From contig JAIROW010000035.1 in assembly GCA_031257315.1 (NCBI GenBank), forward strand, positions 1-61,279: a stretch of 61,279 bases of DNA. Reading direction: 5' to 3'. The DNA comes from Prevotellaceae bacterium. Lineage in GTDB: Bacteria > Bacteroidota > Bacteroidia > Bacteroidales > UBA932. A program made the translations under genes and the position numbers. Below the pieces are notes generated by a model, which saw only the letters and a list, made by a program, of their open reading frames with translations, had not been told where the DNA came from and did not search any database. Each line of letters opens with the position of its first letter. Within the stretch, counting starts at the first letter, position 1. This document shows positions 18,841-26,645 of the stretch, in pieces.

Positions 18841-19962
18841 ATGAGAACAGGATTCGACGCAAAAAGAGCCGTTCAAAATAATACGGGACTGGGAAATTAC
18901 AGCCGTTATATCATTGATATACTGTCAAAATTTTATCCCGAAAACGACTGTGTTCTTTTCGCTCCGAAAAAAAAGGAGAACAGCCGTTTGCAAACCATTC
19001 TTTCACGCAAAAACATTTTCATTGTTTTTGCGCCATGGTTTTACAGACTGACAGCATCGCTGTGGCGAACATTCGGCGTCAAAAAAGATATTGTGAAAAA
19101 TAAAATTGATGTTTTTCACGGACTGAGTAATGAATTGCCGGTGGGAATCAGGAAAACCGGAATAAAATCAGTTGTTACAATTCACGATTTGATTTTTCTC
19201 AAATATCCGCAATACTATAAACCCGCAGACAGGATAATATATCGTTTTAAATTCAGATACGCCTGCCGAAATGCCGATAAAATCATTGCTGCAAGCGAGT
19301 GTACAAAACGCGACATTATTTCGTTTTTTCATATTCCGGAAAATAAAATCAGCGTTGTTTACCAGGGATGTCATCAGGCTTTCGGTATTGAAGCAGATGA
19401 CAGTCGCAGAAAAGCTGTTGTGGAAAAATACGGTTTGCCGCCCTGCTTTTTGCTGAACGTCGGAAGCATCGAAAACCGTAAAAACCTGATGCTGGCGGTG
19501 AAAGCTCTGAAACATATACCCGAAAACATTCATATAGTTGCAGTTGGGAAATCAACGCCATATCAGTTGCAGGTAGAAAATTATGCCGAAAAAACAGGAC
19601 TGAAATCCCGTTTGCATATTTTGAATAACGTCTGTTTTGACGATTTGCCAGCGCTTTATCAGTTGGCAGACGTTTTTGTCTATCCGTCGCAGTATGAAGG
19701 ATTTGGTATTCCCGTTATCGAAGCTCTGACAAGCGGAACGCCGGTTATTGCCGCAACCGGCTCATGTTTAGAAGAAGCCGGCGGTACTGATTCTTTCTAT
19801 GTCAATCCCGACGACGATATGGATCTTGCTAAAAAAATTATGCTCTTAATTAATGACAAAGCCCTGTCGCAAAAAACTATTGACGCGGGACGGGAATATG
19901 TTAAACGCTTTTCGGATAAAAATATTGCTGACAATATAATGCGAATTTACAGGAGTTTATAA
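18841..19962 (+). CDS. Glycosyltransferase family 1 (GT4-type)
   Basis: YPSQYEGFGIPVIEALTSGTPVIA (EX7E region). Confidence 0.85.
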   Translation: MRTGFDAKRAVQNNTGLGNYSRYIIDILSKFYPENDCVLFAPKKKENSRLQTILSRKNIFIVFAPWFYRLTASLWRTFGVKKDIVKNKIDVFHGLSNELPVGIRKTGIKSVVTIHDLIFLKYPQYYKPADRIIYRFKFRYACRNADKIIAASECTKRDIISFFHIPENKISVVYQGCHQAFGIEADDSRRKAVVEKYGLPPCFLLNVGSIENRKNLMLAVKALKHIPENIHIVAVGKSTPYQLQVENYAEKTGLKSRLHILNNVCFDDLPALYQLADVFVYPSQYEGFGIPVIEALTSGTPVIAATGSCLEEAGGTDSFYVNPDDDMDLAKKIMLLINDKALSQKTIDAGREYVKRFSDKNIADNIMRIYRSL

Positions 19963-20011
19963 TTGATAATTGATAATTGATAATTGATAATTGATAATTG
20001 ATAATTATCGT
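19961..20011. repeat. Tandem 8-mer array (AATTGATA)x6
   Basis: Read directly. It starts on the TAA stop of the glycosyltransferase gene. Confidence 0.95.
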
Positions 20012-20066
20012 TCCGAGAAGTTTTGGGTTTGCGGGAGTATTTTTTTCTTTTAAGATGTATCTAATG

Positions 20067-20108
20067 TCTAAACTCTAATATCTAAACTCTAATATCTAAA
20101 CTCTAAAA
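20067..20108. repeat. Tandem 14-bp repeat (TCTAAACTCTAATA)x3
   Basis: Read directly. Confidence 0.9.
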
Positions 20109-20233
20109 AAAACATGTCGCATTTCCAGCGAGAACCGGTGGGGGGGTTGTATTTAAATTTATATTTTTAATTTAGAAGAGTTACCGGTATTGTCGGAAAT
20201 GCGACAGTTATGTGTTGTCGGGATATACAGAAA

Positions 20234-21142
20234 TCAGTTTACTCTGTATGTCTGATTTCCCGTTTTAAAATAATCAACAATCTGGTTGATTGCGGCTATT
20301 GCAGCGTTAATGTTTGCTTCTTCCGTTTCTGCGCCCATCTTTTTAGGGGTCGAAAAGTATCTGTTGCCGAAATCCGTCAATTTTTCATGACACAGAGGTT
20401 TTACGTCTGTTGCATATTTAATACGGCTACGTTGCATGATATTAAGCAAATCTTCTTCGTCAATTACTTCTCTGCGGGCAGTATTTACCAGAATGGCATT
20501 GTTTTTCAGCTGTTCCAGCAGCGATTTGTTAACCGATTTGACTGTTGCGGGCAGCGCGGGCATGTTAATTGAAACAATATCGCACAGCGAGTAAAGTTCC
20601 TGCGCCGATTTTACGGCAGTTAGTCCGTCTCTGGCAAAAACTTCGCTGTTCACAAACGGGTCGAATCCATATACTTCCATTCCGAACCCTTTGCCGAGCG
20701 TCGCTATCAGTTTGCCGACGTTTCCGTAGGCGTGGATACCAAGTTTTTTGTTTTTCAGTTCGCTGCCGACGCCGGGAGTAAACGAGTTGCGAACCATGTA
20801 AATCATTAGCCCGACAGCAAGTTCGGCAACGGCGTTTGAATTTTGCCCCGGAGTGTTCATTACCACTATGTTTCGGGCGGTGCAGGCTTCGAGGTCTATA
20901 TTGTCGTATCCGGCTCCGGCGCGTACTGCAATTTTCAGTTTTGGAGCGTTGTTTATAACTTCTGCCGTAACAAGGTCGGAACGCACAATTATTGCGTCGG
21001 CGTCGTGTACGGCTTGAACCAGCTCGGACTGTTCTTTATAATTTTCAAAAACAGTCAGTTCGTGTTCTGCTTTTGCAATTTCTTTGACCCTGTCCGTCGC
21101 ATACGGCGAAAAAGGTTTTTGGGTAGCAAGAATTATTTTCAT
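20234..21142 (-). CDS. serA: D-3-phosphoglycerate dehydrogenase (short Bacteroides-type 2-hydroxyacid dehydrogenase)
   Basis: RAGAGYDNIDLEA, MNTPGQNSNAVAEL, GIHAYGNVG and YFSTPKKMGAETEEANINA closely resemble Bacteroides SerA (~306 aa), as recalled. Confidence 0.85.
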   Translation of the reverse strand: MKIILATQKPFSPYATDRVKEIAKAEHELTVFENYKEQSELVQAVHDADAIIVRSDLVTAEVINNAPKLKIAVRAGAGYDNIDLEACTARNIVVMNTPGQNSNAVAELAVGLMIYMVRNSFTPGVGSELKNKKLGIHAYGNVGKLIATLGKGFGMEVYGFDPFVNSEVFARDGLTAVKSAQELYSLCDIVSINMPALPATVKSVNKSLLEQLKNNAILVNTARREVIDEEDLLNIMQRSRIKYATDVKPLCHEKLTDFGNRYFSTPKKMGAETEEANINAAIAAINQIVDYFKTGNQTYRVN

Positions 21143-21208
21143 TTACAAGCAATTACTATAATATTCAATTCTGTATTTCGACGCAAAGATAAATATTTTT
21201 TTGATATT

Positions 21209-22063
21209 TCACAGATTTAACACCGATTTCAGAGCTTTGTATCCTGAAAGACTGATATTAAGCCATTCGCCTGTTTTGAGTGCAATCTGCTGATTTCTGC
21301 CGCCCGACGACTCGATTCGCACAAGATATTCGATATTTACAATATACGAGCGGTGTACGCGCACAAAGTTTTTCGGGAGGCTGGCTTCAAAGTATTTCAT
21401 CGTTTCTTCCTTTATATACTTGCTGTTTGCGGTAACAATGTGAACATAATCGCCATACGATTTGATGTAAACGATTTCGCCAGCCGGAATCAGGTGTATT
21501 TTGCTGCGGTCTTTAACGGTAATTCTGTCAATTGTTTCAGGCTCTGGAAGGCGCTTCGTTTCGTTTGATGCACTGCCGTTTTCCTCCTTTTCTTCCTTTT
21601 CGATTTTATTGATCTCTTCGATTTTCTCGATTTTCTCGATTTTCTCGACCTGCCTTCGCTGTCCGTAAAACATCAGAACAAACTGCGTAAATATCATAAA
21701 GCAGATAAATCCTTTAACCGGCAGCGTTGGAACAAAGACGGTTGCCGCGTCTTCAAGCATCAGCCAGTCCAGCAGGTATCCCGCGCCAGTCATAAACGCC
21801 GTTGACAGCGGAGCCAGTGTCCAGAAATTCAGGTATTTTTGAAACTTTGTCATCGTTTCGTATTTGCCATATTTGAGAACCGGATACATCAGCAGTCCCA
21901 TTATTGCAAACACAGTAGCATGTATCAGGGCATCGACGAGCAGATTTGTGAAACCGGTTGAAACAATCGGATACATCGACAATCCATGCACTGCGGCATA
22001 GACTGTCCAGTGCAAAACATAAAAGCAACAGATTTTGACTGTCAGTCTTGACTGAGAATGCAT
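21209..22063 (-). CDS. Membrane-anchored LytTR-domain DNA-binding protein
   Basis: About 4 N-terminal TM helices, a KIEKIEKIEEINKIEKEEKEE linker, and a C-terminal LytTR domain (FVRVHRSYIVNIEYL). Confidence 0.8.
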   Translation of the reverse strand: MHSQSRLTVKICCFYVLHWTVYAAVHGLSMYPIVSTGFTNLLVDALIHATVFAIMGLLMYPVLKYGKYETMTKFQKYLNFWTLAPLSTAFMTGAGYLLDWLMLEDAATVFVPTLPVKGFICFMIFTQFVLMFYGQRRQVEKIEKIEKIEEINKIEKEEKEENGSASNETKRLPEPETIDRITVKDRSKIHLIPAGEIVYIKSYGDYVHIVTANSKYIKEETMKYFEASLPKNFVRVHRSYIVNIEYLVRIESSGGRNQQIALKTGEWLNISLSGYKALKSVLNL

Positions 22064-22077
22064 TGTTTTACCGTTTT

Positions 22078-22866
22078 TTAAATCAGTTCTATACCGCTGA
22101 ATACTGCCGAACCTTCAAGAATAATCTTTTTGGAGCTTGACTGGTTGTTTATCCGTCTGTCGTCGTCCAGACCGCCGGCAACGATGCTCATTTTTGAATC
22201 GACGCACAGGTCGTCGGGCAGCAGTATGGTTATGCCGCTGAAAACCGCTTCAATCAGCAATACTGTTTCGCCTTCTGCAAAAATGGCTCTGCGCAGGTCA
22301 AGCTCCATGCCGCCGAAAACGGCTTTCACAACGCCTCCTGTAAATACGGTATCAATAACATAATATTTTCCGTAACTGAAAACGTTCATCTTGAGAAATT
22401 TGTCCGAAAGCTCTTCTTCCTTTGCCTTTGCCGAAGTCTCTTCATACAGATTGACGCGGTGATGATAACGCCAGCGGTGAAACTGACGGTTGCGGATTTT
22501 GCAGCGGTCAAATTTAAGCAGATGCGCAATAACGAGAAATATGCCTATCGCAACAAGAAGCAGAGGCCAGAATTTCGCAACGAAATCGTCGGGGATACAG
22601 TCATACCCGTATATTTTCGCAATGCGGGGTACCATGGCAAAATTGCCGATAAGAAACAGACAGAATCCGCCAACAAAACGCCGACGGACAAGAAACACGA
22701 CGCCGACGACAATCAGCAGCATCTGCCACGATACTAAGATGTTTTTGAAATTGCATGGCAGCATTTTCAGGTTAATAAGAGCAAAAATCGCCCCTACGAG
22801 AATAAGAAAAACTCCTCTCCATATTCCAAATGATGTTCGATGACTATAATTTTTATCCATAACCAA
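22078..22866 (-). CDS. LiaF-like / DUF2154-type membrane protein
   Basis: N-terminal TM helices plus a C-terminal repeated beta-strand domain (FGGMELDLRRA...AVFSGITILLPDD). Common partner of membrane LytTR proteins. Confidence 0.6.
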   Translation of the reverse strand: MVMDKNYSHRTSFGIWRGVFLILVGAIFALINLKMLPCNFKNILVSWQMLLIVVGVVFLVRRRFVGGFCLFLIGNFAMVPRIAKIYGYDCIPDDFVAKFWPLLLVAIGIFLVIAHLLKFDRCKIRNRQFHRWRYHHRVNLYEETSAKAKEEELSDKFLKMNVFSYGKYYVIDTVFTGGVVKAVFGGMELDLRRAIFAEGETVLLIEAVFSGITILLPDDLCVDSKMSIVAGGLDDDRRINNQSSSKKIILEGSAVFSGIELI

Positions 22867-22970
22867 CTATTGTTTATAATTTTCTGCAAAGGTATAATAA
22901 ACCGACGTACAGCAGGCACAAAATCGACAAACGGCGCTAAATTCACGATAAAATCGGCAATTTGTGGCGC

Positions 22971-23018
22971 AATTGACAATTGATAATTGACAATTGATAA
23001 TTGACAATTGATGTGAAT
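22971..23018. repeat. Tandem 8-mer array (AATTGACA/AATTGATA alternating)x6
   Basis: Read directly. Confidence 0.95.
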
Positions 23019-23228
23019 CAGGAGTTAAAATGTCCCGAAGGGACAAAACCTTCATAACCGCAGGCGAGCGATAGCGTTGCCTGCGGACTTTGCCTGCGGA
23101 CAGCAAAAGTTTTGCCCATTCGGGCAAGTTTTGCGCTTTCGTAACCGCAGGCAACGCTACGCTCACCTGCGGTTATGAAAATTTAGCCCATTCGGGCTAA
23201 AATAACGTTTTCAACACTTGATTCGCAT
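23011..23228. mobile_element. MITE/REP-like palindromic element, copy 3 (degenerate right end)
   Basis: Left end ATGTGAATCAGGAGTTAAAATG, right end reverse complement ATGCGAATCAAGTGTTGAAAAC. Internal CATAACCGCAGGC...GCCTGCGG hairpin modules. No coding capacity. Confidence 0.6.
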
Positions 23229-23315
23229 TATTTTTACATTCTCTGCATACAATACTGGCGCGGCTCAATTGACAATTGATGATTATATATCATTGGGCGC
23301 GATTAAGGGGTTGTA

Positions 23316-23470
23316 AAAAAAAGGGTTAACCCTTTTTGTAAAACCATTAACCCTTTTGATGAAAAGGGTTAACCCTTTTGGTAAAAACCATTAACCATTT
23401 TGGTAAAAAGGGTTAACCCTTTTTACCAAAACCATTAACCCTTTTTTTTAGAACTGTTAACCCTTTTATA
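23316..23470. repeat. Phased 22-bp palindromic array (GGGTTAACCC / CCATTAACCC), 7 half-units, inverted relative to the array at 7659-7790
   Basis: Cores at 23322, 23344, 23366, 23388, 23410, 23432 and 23454. Confidence 0.9.
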
Positions 23471-23562
23471 CTGAGGATTTTTAATGGTTGAGAAAACATT
23501 CTCTCAACTGTAATTAAAAAGAGGCTGCTTTTCGACAGCTTCGCCTCTTTACTGCGCAAACA

Positions 23563-23597
23563 TAAAAAAGGGAGCGACCTTTTTCAGATTGCTCCCA
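23563..23597 (-). terminator. Rho-independent terminator (minus strand) after the PUL-1 distal gene
   Basis: GGGAGC-N15-GCTCCC followed by T6 on the minus strand. A second hairpin with a T-run lies at 23519-23548. Confidence 0.65.
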
Positions 23598-23625
23598 TTT
23601 CATACAATTATTATATACTATTTAT

Positions 23626-25242
23626 TTAATAAACTGTGCCGCCAAGGTAAAACTCGGTGATTTGCATTGACTGGCTACTTAACTGCCAGTCAGTGTACCT
23701 GCATTTTACATACCTGTATCGGCTGAACGGAATATTTACGTTTCCGGTGTGATTGTTCTCGTGATTGGGATCGCTGCCGGTGTTCGCTACGTCATTTTTT
23801 GGAAGAACAACTTTGTTGGGCGTTATTTGCTCCCATACTGTCTGGTCGCTGATACATGCCGGATCATTGCTTCCGAACAGCAGTACCTGTTGCGGACGAA
23901 GGGTAGCGGCGCCGCTTCCGTTGATACGGTAAACTATGCGAAAATAGTCAAACTCTTCTTCTGCTCCGAGATCTATTATAAAATAGACTTCATTGCCGAA
24001 GCCGGCGTCGTTGCTTGATACTCCGCCGTTGGTGTGCGCATTTCCGCCTGCTTCAAACGAGGTTCCGGGTCCTTTTATCATCGACAGATATGTAAGATTG
24101 TCTCCGTCGATATGTGCGCGAGGATAATTGAGACCGTCGGTTGTAGCGCTGTTGCTCCATGGCAGTTTCTGCGACAGGTAGGGGGATTTGGTTTTTGCCG
24201 CAATTGCCGCTGCCGCTGCCGTCCAGCTGCCGTCCATCACATTGGCAAGTTCGCGTCCGGTACTGGTTTCGGTTTCGAGCGGCACATACCAGTTGCTTCT
24301 GTCGAGAAAGTCTCTGCTTGCAGTGGCTTTTGATGTCTGTCGGGTTTTTAGCGTCTGTCCGTTATAGTCGAACAGGACTGAATACTGAAATTCGGCGCTC
24401 CTGTATTCCGGATTCTGATATTCGTATCCGTCCAATGTTTCCGATAAAGTTTCAAATGAGATACGGTCAGTCCATGTCATTTCGTAACCTATCCAGTGGT
24501 CGTCGGCAGAGAGGTCTGGGAATGTGAATTTCCGGTCAGTTCTGTCGTAAACAATCTCTTCGGGGTCGGGGATCATAGTAAAATACGACCATGCGGAGTA
24601 GAATGTGTCTGTCTGTCCGGGTTTATAGGCTGTGCGGTAACTGAACGAATGAGCGTTAAAGCCGTTCAGCTCCAATTCTCGTGCAATAGTGTCGGCTTCG
24701 GCTGTTTTAACTGTTCCGTTTTCGCTCCATACAATTTCGGTATTTAACATTGTTTTTTCGCGCACTTCGGCAAAATCAAGTTTTAATTTTCCTGTCTGCG
24801 AGTCTTTTTCATAAGACGTTACGGGACGGTTCATCAGATACGCTTCGTATATGCTGCCGTAAACGGTTGCAGTTACCGGAGTAGCGAGCGATTTGTTGCC
24901 AGCGTCGTCCATCAGAACAAACTCGAAAATGTATGTTCCTTCTTCAAGATTGTTGATATTGAACGGCGTTTCAGCGTCTCTGTTCAGTGTCTGCACGGTG
25001 TCCTTCGTTTTGTTAGCCCAGTAAACGCGCACCTGTTTGGCACGCGGGTCTTTCATTTTGGGCATTATTACATGCGCCTTGTTGCGTTCGCCTGTAATGG
25101 TTATATCTTCGGGAGCGAGTTTTGTAAGATATGTTTCGGGACCGCCTTCAACAAAATCTTTGTAGTTTTCGTCCATAGAGGTACAGGCTGCGGCAAACAG
25201 AGCCAGCCAGACTGTAATGATGAAAAATTTACCAGTTTTCAT
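23626..25242 (-). CDS. PUL-associated surface lipoprotein, DUF4998-like N-terminus with C-terminal discoidin (F5/8 type C)-like domain
   Basis: Lipobox LFAAAC. The C-terminus YRYVKCRYTD...MQITEFYLGG resembles the last strands of a discoidin domain. Sits distal to susC/susD. Confidence 0.6.
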   Translation of the reverse strand: MKTGKFFIITVWLALFAAACTSMDENYKDFVEGGPETYLTKLAPEDITITGERNKAHVIMPKMKDPRAKQVRVYWANKTKDTVQTLNRDAETPFNINNLEEGTYIFEFVLMDDAGNKSLATPVTATVYGSIYEAYLMNRPVTSYEKDSQTGKLKLDFAEVREKTMLNTEIVWSENGTVKTAEADTIARELELNGFNAHSFSYRTAYKPGQTDTFYSAWSYFTMIPDPEEIVYDRTDRKFTFPDLSADDHWIGYEMTWTDRISFETLSETLDGYEYQNPEYRSAEFQYSVLFDYNGQTLKTRQTSKATASRDFLDRSNWYVPLETETSTGRELANVMDGSWTAAAAAIAAKTKSPYLSQKLPWSNSATTDGLNYPRAHIDGDNLTYLSMIKGPGTSFEAGGNAHTNGGVSSNDAGFGNEVYFIIDLGAEEEFDYFRIVYRINGSGAATLRPQQVLLFGSNDPACISDQTVWEQITPNKVVLPKNDVANTGSDPNHENNHTGNVNIPFSRYRYVKCRYTDWQLSSQSMQITEFYLGGTVY

Positions 25243-25261
25243 ATCTCAATAATTATTAATG

Positions 25262-26608
25262 TTATTTGTCAGAGCCATAAAATTCAATTTCGGACAGCAT
25301 TACTGCCGACGTTCCAGCGCCGTATAGTTCGATGGTCTGGAAACGGACGTAACGTATTTTTGTACCGGGGTCTTCAAATTCCACTTCAAAACCGGCTTCA
25401 AGCACAAGTCGATTGTCTTCGCTTCCTACGCCAGAAGTAATGGGGTCAACAGAGCCGTCTGCCTGCCTGAAATAGTCGTCTCCAAGCAGTATCCAGCCCG
25501 TCGGGTCGCTTATGTCGTCGGGCAGGTTGTGCTTCGGGTCGTCGCCGGTATATCTGGCTCCGTATATTCTGACATGTTTTGGCATACCGCCCTTGTAAAC
25601 GTGCTGCCAGTCGTCGCCCGAACCGCCCATTCGGGTATCGGAGGCGCGGGGCCAGACCATTGCACGGCTCAGAGTGTATGCTTTGCCAAGGTCGATGCAG
25701 AATGACTGCGGAAGTTTTGTGCCTGAGGGTTTGGTATGATAGCAGGAGGCTGCCGATTTCATTTTTTCATCGTCCCACAGTTTGTTAAAAGCCACGTTAC
25801 TGCCCGACCACGAGTGCATCTGATGTCCGTCCCAGTCGGTAGATTCTGCGTCGAATACCGGTTCGCCGCTTTCAGGGTCGATGCGGTGTACCTGACATTC
25901 GGCAAATATCAGTCTGTCGCACTCGGTTTCCCACATTGGCGTGAACGTTGATGTTTTGTAATCAGACCAGTGGTTGAAATTGTCCTTAATTCTGACTGCA
26001 AATTTTGTTTCTACGGTATCCTGTTTACCAACTCTGCATGAAAGAATTGTTGCCGACGAATGATACTGCCCGATTTCTTCCCAGCCGTCCGGCGTTTTAG
26101 TGTTTTCTCTGTACATATATATCGACAGACGCGCTCCGGTGCTGTTTTGCGCCAAAATTTTTAAGCCGAGAAAGTACGGACTGACAACCATGTTTTCGGA
26201 AGCGGTGAGATAGGGTGGTCTTTTCGGGCTGACCTGCGCTGTCGCCGGTTCGGAATAAACGTCGCCAGAGCTGACCGAATAGATTTTCACGTCGGCGGTA
26301 CATGCGTCCTTGAAACCCTGTATCACAACCGAATCGGTATAAAACGATGCGGTAGTGTTCATTGCTACGCCGTCGTCGGTAGTCCATTCAGCTTTTACAT
26401 ATTTCAGGTTTTTATCGTCGGGCAGCGAAAAATATACTACCGACATGCCTTCGTAGTTAATTATATTATCTACTGTTACCTTTTGCGGAGCTTGAGCGCT
26501 TCCGTGCGGAGTATTAACGTCGTCTTCTCCGCACGACAGAAATAGCGCTGCAACAAGCGTTATAAAACAAAATTTTCCTGCCATATTCAAATTTTTAACA
26601 GATTTCAT
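25262..26608 (-). CDS. PUL-associated surface lipoprotein, DUF4959/DUF5000-like with C-terminal discoidin-like domain
   Basis: Lipobox LFLSCG. The C-terminus IRYVRFQTIELYG...LSEIEFYG is discoidin-like. The track ORF runs to 26656; ATG 26608 (or 26584) gives a proper signal peptide and avoids overlap with susD. Confidence 0.6.
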   Translation of the reverse strand: MKSVKNLNMAGKFCFITLVAALFLSCGEDDVNTPHGSAQAPQKVTVDNIINYEGMSVVYFSLPDDKNLKYVKAEWTTDDGVAMNTTASFYTDSVVIQGFKDACTADVKIYSVSSGDVYSEPATAQVSPKRPPYLTASENMVVSPYFLGLKILAQNSTGARLSIYMYRENTKTPDGWEEIGQYHSSATILSCRVGKQDTVETKFAVRIKDNFNHWSDYKTSTFTPMWETECDRLIFAECQVHRIDPESGEPVFDAESTDWDGHQMHSWSGSNVAFNKLWDDEKMKSAASCYHTKPSGTKLPQSFCIDLGKAYTLSRAMVWPRASDTRMGGSGDDWQHVYKGGMPKHVRIYGARYTGDDPKHNLPDDISDPTGWILLGDDYFRQADGSVDPITSGVGSEDNRLVLEAGFEVEFEDPGTKIRYVRFQTIELYGAGTSAVMLSEIEFYGSDK

Positions 26609-26645
26609 ACATAAATTATTAATTGATTTGTTAATTGATTGCCAT

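Noticed and set aside
22867-23166. A 99-aa ORF containing NCQLSIVNC.
   Set aside because: It is a translation of the AATTGAYA 8-mer array and the MITE-like element, so it is not a gene.
7659-23470. The two inverted GGGTTAACCC arrays as the ends of a 15.8-kb mobile or invertible element.
   Set aside because: The enclosed segment carries core housekeeping genes (rplM, rpsI, rpsB, tsf, aroB, serA) and no recombinase or transposase. The arrays are more likely members of a dispersed repeat family.
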